Positions 10,983-20,721 of a stretch of DNA of 64,000 nucleotides are shown in pieces. Position 1 is the stretch's first letter. Each line of letters begins with the position of its first letter. The stretch lies in contig JAZQAZ010000047.1 of assembly GCA_045545475.1 (NCBI GenBank), positions 1 to 64,000 of the forward strand. Direction: 5' to 3'. Below the pieces are notes generated by a model, which saw only the letters and a list, made by a program, of their open reading frames with translations, did no database searches and had not been told where the DNA came from. The DNA is from Clostridia bacterium (GTDB lineage Bacteria; Bacillota; Clostridia; CAKSNL01; HGM11501). The translations under genes and the position numbers were made by a program.

Positions 10983-10988
10983 TTTTTT

Positions 10989-11062
10989 TGCCGAATTGTG
11001 TAATGGTAGCACGGCAGACTCTGACTCTGTTTGTCTGGGTTCAAATCCTAGTTCGGCAACCA
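10989..11062 (+). tRNA. tRNA-Gln (CTG)
   Basis: stem GCAGA/TCTGT, loop CT-CTG-AC, GGTTCAAATCC T-arm, CCA. Confidence 0.95.
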
Positions 11063-11101
11063 AAAAAAGAAGAACCACAAGAAGTGTGGTTCTTCTTTTT
11101 T
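11063..11101 (+). terminator. intrinsic terminator of tRNA operon
   Basis: AAAAAAGAAGAACCACA-AGAAG-TGTGGTTCTTCTTTTTT. Confidence 0.85.
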
Positions 11102-11107
11102 CGCTTT

Positions 11108-11201
11108 CCGAACGAATAAGGATTTGAACGAAGTCATAGGACTTTTCCTTTGAAAAGTCCGAAGGTTTTTCCGAGTAGGAAAAACTCAAATCCTAGTTCG
11201 G
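11108..11201. repeat. tRNA T-arm mirror element, copy 1 (Gln-matched)
   Basis: inverted T-arm copy AGGATTTGAAC (11119-11129), core GAAGTCATAGG plus two hairpins, direct copy TCAAATCCTAGTTCGG (11186-11201 = 11041-11056). Confidence 0.85.
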
Positions 11202-11388
11202 ATTAAGGGCGCTAACCTGAAAATTTTATTATTACACTATAACTATTATCTTTGTACAGTACCCAACGGGTGCTGTTATCTTTTTGTCTGTCAAATGCGG
11301 CGGACAATCCGCATAAAACAGTTGAAATTTCGTATATTCTGTGGTATAATCAATTTTACTGTGATTTATTTACGAAAGGAAGATATAA

Positions 11389-12135
11389 ATGGAAGGTAAA
11401 GTATTGGCAAGAGTGGGAAATCTCACGGTAACAGAAGAGGAAGTTAACGAAATGATAATGTCCTTAATGCAGAGAGGACAGAATCTTAACAACCCCGAAG
11501 GCAGAGCGATGGTTTTGGAGCAGATGATTGCAAACAAGCTGTTTTTACTTGATGCAGGCAAAAATATGTACGAATACAACGCTGAGTTCAAGGCACAGCT
11601 TCAGAAGGTTAAGGAAGATATGCTCATAAGCTTTGCTATGGCAAAGGCTTTAGAGAACGTAAAGCCCGCAACAGAGGATGAAATAAAGGTATTTTACGAA
11701 GAAAATAAGGAACGTTTCGGTAAGGGCGAAAGCGTAAACGCAAGCCACATCTTAGTTGATTCCGAGGATAAGGCAAATGAGATACTTGCAAAAATCAATG
11801 CAGGCGAAATTTCCTTTGAAGATGCAGCAAGAGCGGAAAGCTCCTGCCCCTCAAAGGAAAACGGCGGAAACCTTGGAGAATTTACCAGAGGTCAGATGGT
11901 TAAGGAATTTGACGAAGCGGTATTCGCTATGGAAGTCGGCGAAATCAAGGGTCCCGTTAAAACACAGTTTGGTTTCCACCTTATAAAGCTTTGTGCTAAA
12001 AACGAAGCAAAGACTTATGAATTTGAAGAAATCAAGTCCGAGCTTTCAGATATGGTTACAAAGGAAAAGCAGCAGAAGGCATATCAGAGCAAGATTAATC
12101 AGCTTAAAATCCTTTTCCCTGTGGATAAAATGTAA
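11389..12135 (+). CDS. parvulin-type peptidyl-prolyl isomerase (PrsA-like, no obvious signal peptide)
   Basis: VNASHILV, SSCPSKENGGNLGEFTRGQMVKEFDEAVF, PVKTQFGFHLIK. Confidence 0.9.
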   Translation: MEGKVLARVGNLTVTEEEVNEMIMSLMQRGQNLNNPEGRAMVLEQMIANKLFLLDAGKNMYEYNAEFKAQLQKVKEDMLISFAMAKALENVKPATEDEIKVFYEENKERFGKGESVNASHILVDSEDKANEILAKINAGEISFEDAARAESSCPSKENGGNLGEFTRGQMVKEFDEAVFAMEVGEIKGPVKTQFGFHLIKLCAKNEAKTYEFEEIKSELSDMVTKEKQQKAYQSKINQLKILFPVDKM

Positions 12136-12147
12136 GGAGGCAGAATT

Positions 12148-13059
12148 ATGAGTTCAAATAAAATAGTTCAGGCAGCTGTGGCAAACCACACAATAATCCC
12201 CGCATTCAACATTCCTTATCTTCCCATGGCGGAGGCTGTAATAAAGGCGATTGTTGACGAAAACTCCGTTGCAATGGTTCAGGTTGCCCGTCTTGAATGG
12301 GAAAAGTTTGAATCCGAAAGCCCCGAGGCTGTTGCAAAGGAATACTTCAAATATAAAAAGGACGGATACACCCTTTTACATCTTGACCACGTTCCCGCAA
12401 TCGACGAGGACTTTAAGAAGGTTGACTATATTGATATCATCAAGCGTGCACTTGATTCAGGCTATCAGTCCGTAATGGTTGACGGCTCCCGTCTTCCTCT
12501 TGATGAAAACATTGCAACAACATTAGAGGTTGCAAATCTTGCAAAAACCTACGGTGCGGCTGTCGAGGCTGAGCTTGGCGCAGTATCAGGCCACGAGGGA
12601 AGCGGTATAGGCTTAAGCTATGAAGAGCTTTTTGCTACAAAGAAAGGCTTTACAAAGCCCGAAGAGGCAACACGCTTTGCCAAAGAGTCAGGATGTGACT
12701 GGTTAAGCGTTGCGGCAGGAAGCTTCCACGGTGCAATCGCGGCATCCACAAAGCATCTTAAAAAGCCTAATGCAAGACTTGATATAGACCACATTAAAAC
12801 TCTTTCCGAGGTAACGGGCAAAATGCCCCTGGTACTTCACGGCGGAAGCGGAATTGAGCAGGACTATATCCTCCGCGCTATGGAGTCCGGTATTGCAAAA
12901 ATCAACGTGGGTACGGAAATCCGTCAGCCCTATGAGTTTGCTTTAGAAGAAAAGCCTGGCGATATCGCATATGCTCAGGAAAAGGTTTACGAGCGTACAA
13001 GGTGGGTAATTCACGAATTTTTAAGAACAACCGATAACCACGATAAGCTTGTGAAATAA
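12148..13059 (+). CDS. class II fructose/tagatose-bisphosphate aldolase
   Basis: LHLDH, SVMVDGS, VEAELG, GSFHG, PLVLHGGSG, KINVGT. Confidence 0.9.
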   Translation: MSSNKIVQAAVANHTIIPAFNIPYLPMAEAVIKAIVDENSVAMVQVARLEWEKFESESPEAVAKEYFKYKKDGYTLLHLDHVPAIDEDFKKVDYIDIIKRALDSGYQSVMVDGSRLPLDENIATTLEVANLAKTYGAAVEAELGAVSGHEGSGIGLSYEELFATKKGFTKPEEATRFAKESGCDWLSVAAGSFHGAIAASTKHLKKPNARLDIDHIKTLSEVTGKMPLVLHGGSGIEQDYILRAMESGIAKINVGTEIRQPYEFALEEKPGDIAYAQEKVYERTRWVIHEFLRTTDNHDKLVK

Positions 13060-13156
13060 TAAAAAGGCGATGCATTGCATCGCCTTTTATGTTGCAATAT
13101 GGCTCTGTCGGTGGTATAATTGGTAATGTGGATTCCTTTAAGAAAGGAAGATAAAA

Positions 13157-13873
13157 ATGAAAGTATTGTCAATCGGAAACAGCTTTTCGCAGGATGCACA
13201 AAGATACTTGCATCAGATTGCTTCTTCTGACGGATTTTCTATTGAGGCATACAACCTTTATATTGGCGGATGCCCGCTTTCACGGCATTATCATAATATG
13301 ATAAGTAATGATGCTGCATATTCCCTTGAAATAAACGGAAAATCAACTGGCACTTTTATTTCCGTTAAGGATGCTCTTTTAATAAAAGAGTGGGACGTTA
13401 TAACATTACAGCAGCTAAGCAGTGAAGCTCCCCACTTTGAAACCTATGAGCCCTACTTAACGGAGCTTGCAGGTTTTGTGAGAAAGCTTGTGCCAAGTGC
13501 GAAAATCGCAATCCATCAGACCTGGGCTTATGAAAAGGACAGCGAGCGTCTTATGAAAGAGCTTTCCTATAAAACACCTGACGATATGCTTTCTGACATA
13601 AAGGAGGCATACAAAAAGGCGGCAAAAGCCATAAATGCCGACTTTATAATTCCGTCGGGCGAGGTTTTCGGAAGAATGATAAAAAACGGAATAGAAAAGG
13701 TGCATAGGGATACCTTCCACGCCTCCTTCGGTCTTGGAAGATACGCTCTCGGCCTTACCTGGTACAAAGCTTTAACCGGAAATGATGTGGCTCAAAACAC
13801 CTTTTCAGACTTTGATGAAGAAGTTACCGGGGAAGAAATTGAAATAGCGAAACAATCTGTAGGGGAAGTGTGA
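13157..13873 (+). CDS. SGNH-type hydrolase (DUF4886-like)
   Basis: MKVLSIGNSFS, LYIGGC, WDVITLQQ, HQTWAY, RDTFH. Confidence 0.8.
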   Translation: MKVLSIGNSFSQDAQRYLHQIASSDGFSIEAYNLYIGGCPLSRHYHNMISNDAAYSLEINGKSTGTFISVKDALLIKEWDVITLQQLSSEAPHFETYEPYLTELAGFVRKLVPSAKIAIHQTWAYEKDSERLMKELSYKTPDDMLSDIKEAYKKAAKAINADFIIPSGEVFGRMIKNGIEKVHRDTFHASFGLGRYALGLTWYKALTGNDVAQNTFSDFDEEVTGEEIEIAKQSVGEV

Positions 13874-13875
13874 TT

Positions 13876-16014
13876 ATGTTTGAAAATGCGAAATGGATAA
13901 CATCTGTAAATATTAAAAAGTGGACACATCCTGATCCGAGAAATCCATATCCGGCACCCTATCTGGTAAAGGATTTTGAAATAAAAAGCGGCGTCAAAAG
14001 CGTTATATTAAATGTATCAGGCCTGGGGCAGGCGGCATACTACTTAAACGGTGAAAGAATCCCCGATTCTATCCATCCCACTCAGTGCACGACGTATATA
14101 AAAACCGTAGACTATAATGTTTACGATCTTACAAAGCTTGTAAAGGAAGGCAAAAACCGCTTTGGAGCCATAGTAGGTCACATTTACCTTGCAGACCTTG
14201 AATACGTGATGCGTATGGGAACACCGAGAATGATTGCACAGATGGAAATAGAGTATGAATCGGGCGAAAATGAAACAATATCAAGCGATACATCCTTTAT
14301 GACACATCATTCTCCCACACTTATGACGCTCCGCCGTTGCGGTGAAAGATATGATGCGAAAATGGAGATAAAAGACTGGTCTGAGCCCGGGACATCACTT
14401 GAAGGCTGGGAAAACGCATATATCTGTGCGGGGCCGGGCGGTGCATACAGAAAGAAAATCTGCCCGCCGAAAAGAATTTTTGAGGAAATTGAGGGAAGAG
14501 AAATCGCTCCCGGAGTGTATGACTTCGGAGAAAATCTCTCCGGATGGGTACGCTTTAAGCTATCGGGAAAAAACGAAGAAAAGGTAACCGTGTTTTATTC
14601 GGAATGGCTTACGGATGATAAAAAGCACGCCTCGGACATAGGTCTTCAGGCGGGGACATATCCCGAAATGCTTCACAGAGACGAATATTTCCCGAAAGGG
14701 GAAGACGGAGAGGAGTTTGAACCGCTTTTTACCTTCCACGGCTTCAGATATGTGGAAATTACCGGTGCCAGAGTCGCTTCTGTTGTTGCCTTAAAGGCAC
14801 ATACGGATATTCCGAATGTATCAGCATTTAACTCTGATAATTACATCTTAAACGAAATACATAAATACACCGACCGCTCAATTCTTGCCTGTGCACAGGG
14901 AGCAATGCTTGACTGTCCGCAAAGAGAGCAGAATGAGTGGACGGGAGACGGTATGCTGACAAGCGAAGTTGTTTCCATGCAGTATGACTCCTATGATATG
15001 TTTTACGAATGGATGCTTAATTTCAAGGATGCTCAGACACCGTCGGGTTTTATCCCGGGAATAATCCCCTGCCGCAGTAACTGGCCCTACAGTTTTGCCA
15101 ACGGCCTTGACTGGAGTAGTGCAATAATTCACATTCCCTATTATTCGTATAAGTACAGCGGAAACAGCGACATTGCAGAGATGATGTGGGATAATATGGT
15201 GCTTGCCATGGACTATTTTGCATCAAGGAGCGACAGTCACCTTATGGATTTCGGTGTGGGTGACTGGGTAAGCATTGATGAGCGTTGCCCCGTTGAGATA
15301 ACCGACACGGTATATTACCGCATTGATGCTCTTATGATGGCTGAAATGGCTACGGTGCTGGGAAAGGATGCATCGGTATGGAAGGTTCTTGCAGAAGAAA
15401 TTAAAAAGGATTTCAGAGCTAAATACGTTAAGGACGGAAAACTGGAAAACAGGACATTCACACCTCTTATATGCGCAGCTTACAGCGGAATGATGGAAGA
15501 AAACGAAGTAAAATGGCACATTGATGAGGCGGCAAAAATCGCTATGGAACAGAAAAATGCCGTAAGGTGCGGCGTTCACGGACTTCGTATGATGTTTGAT
15601 GTTTTCGGAAAAGCGGGCTATAACGATTTGATATTTGATATTCTAACCAATACTGAAGAGATGGGCTACGGTAAAATGGTAAAGGACGGCACCACAAGCC
15701 TTCCCGAGCAGTTTGACTATGCAACGGAGAAAAATCCCGGAGGCACGCATACAAGCCGCAATCATCACTTCCTCGGTATGGTTGACGGATGGTTTTACCG
15801 CTTCGTCGCAGGTATCAATTTAGAAGGCTTCGGATGGGACAGCCTTGTTATTTCGCCCTGCAAAGTCGAAGGTATAAAGGCCTTTGATGCAGAGGTGAGA
15901 GGCGTAAAGGTTTCCCTTAAGGAAGGAATTTATAAAATTACATCGCCCTACGATTTTAAGCTTGTTCTCGGAGATAACAGCGGTTTTTACAAGGCAGGAA
16001 GCTACGAATTCTGA
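13876..16014 (+). CDS. alpha-L-rhamnosidase (GH78)
   Basis: YDFGENLSGW, FTFHGFRYVEI, DCPQREQNEWTGD, GDW, SRNHH; start ATG 13876 or GTG 13870-region uncertain. Confidence 0.88.
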   Translation: MFENAKWITSVNIKKWTHPDPRNPYPAPYLVKDFEIKSGVKSVILNVSGLGQAAYYLNGERIPDSIHPTQCTTYIKTVDYNVYDLTKLVKEGKNRFGAIVGHIYLADLEYVMRMGTPRMIAQMEIEYESGENETISSDTSFMTHHSPTLMTLRRCGERYDAKMEIKDWSEPGTSLEGWENAYICAGPGGAYRKKICPPKRIFEEIEGREIAPGVYDFGENLSGWVRFKLSGKNEEKVTVFYSEWLTDDKKHASDIGLQAGTYPEMLHRDEYFPKGEDGEEFEPLFTFHGFRYVEITGARVASVVALKAHTDIPNVSAFNSDNYILNEIHKYTDRSILACAQGAMLDCPQREQNEWTGDGMLTSEVVSMQYDSYDMFYEWMLNFKDAQTPSGFIPGIIPCRSNWPYSFANGLDWSSAIIHIPYYSYKYSGNSDIAEMMWDNMVLAMDYFASRSDSHLMDFGVGDWVSIDERCPVEITDTVYYRIDALMMAEMATVLGKDASVWKVLAEEIKKDFRAKYVKDGKLENRTFTPLICAAYSGMMEENEVKWHIDEAAKIAMEQKNAVRCGVHGLRMMFDVFGKAGYNDLIFDILTNTEEMGYGKMVKDGTTSLPEQFDYATEKNPGGTHTSRNHHFLGMVDGWFYRFVAGINLEGFGWDSLVISPCKVEGIKAFDAEVRGVKVSLKEGIYKITSPYDFKLVLGDNSGFYKAGSYEF

Positions 16015-16015
16015 T

Positions 16016-16049
16016 AAAAAAGCTTCGGACGTTAGTCCGAAGCTTTTTT
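16016..16049. terminator. bidirectional intrinsic terminator
   Basis: AAAAAAGCTTCGGAC-GTTA-GTCCGAAGCTTTTTT between convergent genes. Confidence 0.85.
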
Positions 16050-16058
16050 ATTTAATAA

Positions 16059-18431
16059 TCAAACCACAAAGTCGTTCTTTAAGTTTATTCCTTCTGCACC
16101 GAGTTCTGCCACGATACTTTTTACGATGTCAATAACCTCTTCCTTGGTAAGAGTTCTCTCGGGATGGGAGAAGATAAGTCTTACGGTGATGGATTTGCCA
16201 CTTTCATCAACGTAGGTATCAACAACGCTTACGTCCTTGATAAGGGCGCAGGATGCGTTTTCGATAGCCTTTGCGATTGGCGCGTAGGTTTCTGTGATGA
16301 ATGATAAGTCAATTTCGATTTCGGGGAATCTTGAATTCTCTCTGTAAGCGATGCTTGCATTCTTAACGGATGCAAAGGTCGCCATATCAATCTCTGCATA
16401 AACAATGTTAGCCTTTTTGTCAATCTTCTTTGCGATTGCGGAGTTTACGATGCCGATTTCACCGATTTCCTTACCGCCCATAGAAATTGCATTCAGGTTC
16501 TTTATGTGCTGATAGGAATGTGTTGCTTCCTTCTTTGCGAATGAAAGCTTTTCGTGCTTTAAGTCATCTGCGATAACAGAAAGGATATCACGAAGCTCGA
16601 AGTAGATCTTTTCAAGCTCCTTGGTTTTTGAATAAAGAGTTATGCAAAGCTTCTTATGTTCGTCGCAAAGTCCGTCCTCACGGAAGCCCTCTAAAACTCG
16701 ACCGATTTCAAATACGGAAAAATCAGCATCGAAGCCCACGTTTGACTTAACCTGGCAAAGCTGTGTGGGAACGATGGACTTTCTTATTGTCTTGATGTTG
16801 GGGTTTGTTGCATTGATAAGCTCAACATTCTTTTCGATTTCGATTCCCAAATCCTTGTACTCATCGTAGTATGCCCAGATGTAGGAATGAAGCTCGTGCA
16901 TCGAATAGCGCTTAACCAAAATATCCTTGATTCTGTCCTCGTCGCTCTTTTCAACAGCGGCTCTTACGGGATATAAGGGAACTGCGGCGGTGTTGATATC
17001 AAAGTTGTCATAGCCGTAGATACGGGTGATTTCCTCGATGATGTCAGCCTTCATTGTAACGTCCTTCGTTGCTCTCCAGGAAGGAACGGTAACGGAGTAT
17101 TCGCCGCCCTTTTCAGATACGCCAAAGCCAAGTGCAGTAAGTGTTTCAACGATTGTGCTATCCGGAATGTCAATACCTGTATACTTGTCAACAAATGCCT
17201 TGTTGAAGGAAAGGCTGATTTCATCATACTTTGTTATATATTCGTCTGTAAGTGCGGAAACAACAACTGCCTCGCTATCTATGTCTGTAAGAAGCTTTAC
17301 AAATCTTGCAACTGCAGTAACTGTCATTTCGGGGTCTAAGCTCTTTTCATAGCGCTGGGAAGCATCTGTTCTGTGAGCAAGACGAACGGTTGACTTACGG
17401 ATGGATGCCGCATCGAATGTGGCGGATTCCAAGGTAAGTGTCTTTGTATCTTCCACGATTTCGGAATCAAGTCCGCCCATAATACCTGCGATTGCAACGG
17501 GAGTGTCACCGTTACAGATCATAAGTGTATTTTCGTCAATGTCACGTTCCACACCGTCAAGAGTCAGGAACTTGAAGGGAGATGAGAATCTCTTAACTCT
17601 GATTTTTTCCACCTTACGTGAGTCAAATGCATGCATGGGCTGGCCCATTTCAAGCATAAGATAGTTTGTAAGGTCGGCAAGGAAGTTGATTGCTCTCATT
17701 CCGCAATAGTAAAGACGGATTCTCATATTAACGGGGCTTACGTTTCTTGAAATACCCTCAAACTGAAGGCAGGAGTATCTCTGACATAAGGGGTCTTCAA
17801 TCTTTAAGTCCACCTTTTTAAGGTTTTCATATGCCTTAAGGTCAGCTACGGGAAGAGGCTTAAGCTCACGCTTTGCGATTGCCGCAAACTCACGGGCAAT
17901 TCCGTAGTGTCCCCAGAGGTCGGGGCGATTTGTAAGAGACTTATTGTCAACCTCGAAAATGATGTCTTCAATTTCGTAAACTGACTTAAGGTCTGTACCC
18001 AAAGGGATATCGTCTGTAATTTCCATAATTCCGTCGTTACTGTCGCTTAAGCCAAGCTCCTTTTCGGAACAGCACATACCGTTGGAGGTATAGCCTGCAA
18101 GCTTTCTGGGAGCGATTGTGATGTCACCAACCTGAGCACCTAATTTTGCAAAAGCTGTCTTAAGACCAACTCTTACATTGGGAGCACCGCAGACAACGTC
18201 AACAAGCTCATCCTCGCCGATATCAACCTTTAAAAGGTGAAGCTTCTTTGATTCGGGATGATTTTCAACTGATTTTATTTCTGCACAAACGATGCCGGAA
18301 ATGTCTGCACCCTTATGGAAAATGTCGTTTTCAACCTCTGCTGTGGCAAGAGAGAATTTTGCAATTAAATCCATTTTGTCAAGGCCCGCAAGGTCAACAA
18401 AATCGGAAATCCAGTTCATTGATAAAAACAT
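16059..18431 (-). CDS. pheT: phenylalanine--tRNA ligase beta subunit
   Basis: VVCGAPNV, SNGMCCS, TNRPDLWGHYGIARE, GQPMHAFD, DIIEEITRIYGY; ATG 18431 with AAAGGAG RBS. Confidence 0.95.
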   Translation of the reverse strand: MFLSMNWISDFVDLAGLDKMDLIAKFSLATAEVENDIFHKGADISGIVCAEIKSVENHPESKKLHLLKVDIGEDELVDVVCGAPNVRVGLKTAFAKLGAQVGDITIAPRKLAGYTSNGMCCSEKELGLSDSNDGIMEITDDIPLGTDLKSVYEIEDIIFEVDNKSLTNRPDLWGHYGIAREFAAIAKRELKPLPVADLKAYENLKKVDLKIEDPLCQRYSCLQFEGISRNVSPVNMRIRLYYCGMRAINFLADLTNYLMLEMGQPMHAFDSRKVEKIRVKRFSSPFKFLTLDGVERDIDENTLMICNGDTPVAIAGIMGGLDSEIVEDTKTLTLESATFDAASIRKSTVRLAHRTDASQRYEKSLDPEMTVTAVARFVKLLTDIDSEAVVVSALTDEYITKYDEISLSFNKAFVDKYTGIDIPDSTIVETLTALGFGVSEKGGEYSVTVPSWRATKDVTMKADIIEEITRIYGYDNFDINTAAVPLYPVRAAVEKSDEDRIKDILVKRYSMHELHSYIWAYYDEYKDLGIEIEKNVELINATNPNIKTIRKSIVPTQLCQVKSNVGFDADFSVFEIGRVLEGFREDGLCDEHKKLCITLYSKTKELEKIYFELRDILSVIADDLKHEKLSFAKKEATHSYQHIKNLNAISMGGKEIGEIGIVNSAIAKKIDKKANIVYAEIDMATFASVKNASIAYRENSRFPEIEIDLSFITETYAPIAKAIENASCALIKDVSVVDTYVDESGKSITVRLIFSHPERTLTKEEVIDIVKSIVAELGAEGINLKNDFVV

Positions 18432-18447
18432 ATCTGCCGCTCCTTTC

Positions 18448-19500
18448 TTATTTGTCGTCCGTGAACTGAGAAAGACTCTTAAGAGAGCCTGAGTTAAGGT
18501 CACGGATATCTTTAATGCCGTACTTCATCATTGCAAGACGGGTAAGACCAAGACCGAAGGCAAAGCCTGTGTATTCCTCGGGGTCAATTCCGCCTGCCTT
18601 TAATACCTCGGGATGAATCATACCGCAGGGGCAAAGCTCAAGCCAGCCGCTGTGCTTACAGGAGGGACAGCCTTCGCCGCCGCAGATAAGACAGCTTATG
18701 TCAAGCTCAAATCCGGGTTCTACGAAGGGGAAGAAGCCGGGACGAAGTCTTACCTTTATGTCCTTCTGGAAAACCTCTGAAAGCATGGTCTTCATAAAGA
18801 AGATAAGGTTTGAAATGGAAATGTTTTTGTCAACCATAACGCCTTCCATCTGGAAAAAGGTGTTTTCGTGGCAGGCATCTGTTGCTTCGTTACGGAAGCA
18901 TCTTCCGGGGAAAATAGCCTTGATGGGCTTACCTTCATTGATTAATGCATCCTTGTACTTTTTGTAAATTGCGTTCTGTGCCGCAGAGGTGTGGGACTTA
19001 AGTAACTGACCGTTTTTAAGGTAGTAGGTGTCCTGCATATCTCTTGCGGGATGGTCTTTGGGAATATTTAACGCCTCGAAGCACTCGTAGTCTGTTACAA
19101 TTTCGCTGTAGTCCTCAATTGCAAAGCCCATTGACTTAAATACCTCTTCACACTGTCTCTGTACAAGTGTGATGGGGTGGTATGAGCCTCTCTTAAGCGT
19201 GGGGGGCATTGAAATGTCAAATTCGGGCATTCTAGCAAGCTCTGCTTCAAGCTCCTTTTTCTTAAGTTCCTCTCTCTTTTCTGTAATTTTCTCGTTAACC
19301 TCGTCCTTAAGCACGTTAACCGTCTGTCCGAAAACCTTCTTTTCTTCGGGTGACAGGTTTTTCATTTCCTGCATAAGGCCTGTGATGTAGCCCTTTTTGC
19401 CGGTGTATTCAACACGTAAGTTTTCAAGCTCTTCCATGGTGTTAACCTTGGAAAGCACTTCGGCAAAGGCAAGCTTTAACTCATTTGTTTTATCTGCCAT
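18448..19500 (-). CDS. pheS: phenylalanine--tRNA ligase alpha subunit
   Basis: GSYHP, HPARDMQDTYY, FPFVEPG, CxxC-CxxC insert, GFAFGLG. Confidence 0.96.
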   Translation of the reverse strand: MADKTNELKLAFAEVLSKVNTMEELENLRVEYTGKKGYITGLMQEMKNLSPEEKKVFGQTVNVLKDEVNEKITEKREELKKKELEAELARMPEFDISMPPTLKRGSYHPITLVQRQCEEVFKSMGFAIEDYSEIVTDYECFEALNIPKDHPARDMQDTYYLKNGQLLKSHTSAAQNAIYKKYKDALINEGKPIKAIFPGRCFRNEATDACHENTFFQMEGVMVDKNISISNLIFFMKTMLSEVFQKDIKVRLRPGFFPFVEPGFELDISCLICGGEGCPSCKHSGWLELCPCGMIHPEVLKAGGIDPEEYTGFAFGLGLTRLAMMKYGIKDIRDLNSGSLKSLSQFTDDK

Positions 19501-19534
19501 AATAAAAAATCCTTTCTGTGATTTTGTTTGTAAA

Positions 19535-19826
19535 ATATAAAAAGCCCGTCCCATTATCTGGGACGAGCGTTTGCCCGCGGTACCACCCGGATTCGGAATT
19601 CTGTCATTCTGAGGTGCAGGCGTTTGTAAAACGCCGAAACCCGAAGAATCTCTTATTCCGCTCTTTCGTCATCCATGGCGTGGGATGATGCACCCTGCTT
19701 AATCAAAGCTTTCGCAGGACACTCCAATGCTGAAATTCATATGCTGTTATCTTAAGGCGCTCTCAGCCGGTGACGCCCATTCTCTTAAAGAATCACTCGC
19801 ATACTACTTACACATCTTCATAGTAT
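19535..19826 (-). promoter_or_regulatory. T-box riboswitch (Phe) of pheST
   Basis: AGTAG, AGAGA and GCTGAGA stem I motifs; specifier GAAT-TTC-A (19732-19734); GGGTGGTACCGCG (19576-19588); terminator GCTCGTCCCA..TGGGACGGGC-TTTTT; TTGACA/TATAAT promoter at 19834-19861. Confidence 0.92.
19602..19652 (+). repeat. GTCATTCTGAG...GAAGAATCTC REP-like palindrome inside the T-box
   Basis: ends identical to the copy at 24436-24471. Confidence 0.75.
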
Positions 19827-19949
19827 CTACATTATTATATCAGCTTTTTTTGATTTGTCAAGTGGGAAAAGTATGGTAATAAAAAAATATAATAGTTATT
19901 TATGACAAGTATGTTTTTAAGGTTATAAAAAACTGATAAAAGCCGGGTA

Positions 19950-20381
19950 TTATCTTCCCCAGCTTTTATCAGTTACCTTTTCTAAAACCATATTAAGTAC
20001 AGTTTCACGGTCTCCTGCTGTTGCCAGTTGGCGAGCAAGGTTGGCTGTTTCTCTTAAGTCTGCGTCTCTGTCGTTAGAAAAAGAGTCCAGTGCGTTTTTT
20101 GCAAGAAAGTGAGGTTTAGTTGGATGAGATTCTGCTAAGGCATAACATATAGCCGCACGTTCTTTAGTATTTGAAAAACCAAGCCCTGTTCTTTCGTTTG
20201 AATGGAAATCCATAATTCGCATTTGAAACCACCAACCTAATTCATACTGTGCATCTGGGTCATCCTGATATGAACGCCTTACTAAATCCTTGTACTTTTC
20301 TATTTTTTTGTTATCACTTTTCTTTCGCAAAATAAAAAATGCTACGATGATCGCTAGAAGTAAAAATGCTAAAACTGACAT
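19950..20381 (-). CDS. hypothetical membrane-anchored protein with a Sel1-like helical repeat
   Basis: N-terminal TM, then DDPDAQYELG...A..CY..A; GGAG RBS; AT-rich context. Confidence 0.65.
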   Translation of the reverse strand: MSVLAFLLLAIIVAFFILRKKSDNKKIEKYKDLVRRSYQDDPDAQYELGWWFQMRIMDFHSNERTGLGFSNTKERAAICYALAESHPTKPHFLAKNALDSFSNDRDADLRETANLARQLATAGDRETVLNMVLEKVTDKSWGR

Positions 20382-20432
20382 ACTTTCATCTCCTGTTAAT
20401 ATTTAATTGTTGAATTTTATTGGTTGTATTTA

Positions 20433-20564
20433 TTATTTATGATATATGCATGATTTTGGGCTATTGATGCTGACCGATTTTTCATAAAGAGAGCAGGATC
20501 GGCATCCGCACATATATACTCCGCCTTTCTTCATTAACCAACTACAATTTTCGCAACATTTCAT
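20433..20564 (-). CDS. 43-aa cysteine-rich peptide, absent from ORF track
   Basis: MKCCENCSWLMKKGGVYMCGCRSCSLYEKSVSINSPKSCIYHK (7 Cys), AAGGAAGTG RBS. Confidence 0.6.
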   Translation of the reverse strand: MKCCENCSWLMKKGGVYMCGCRSCSLYEKSVSINSPKSCIYHK

Positions 20565-20721
20565 AAATATTCACTTCCTTTTGTTCATTTTCATATATCT
20601 TAGCATAAAAAAAGATAACTGTCAATAGAAAATAAAGATTTTAGTTAATATTTTAAGATTATGTTTTCTGTTAAAAGGCTATGCTTAATGATACAATAAA
20701 ATAAAGGTAGGTGTTAATGTT

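Noticed and set aside
11041-11201. Prophage or genomic island at tRNA-Gln
   Set aside because: The direct repeats are only 145 bp apart, with no integrase or cargo between them.
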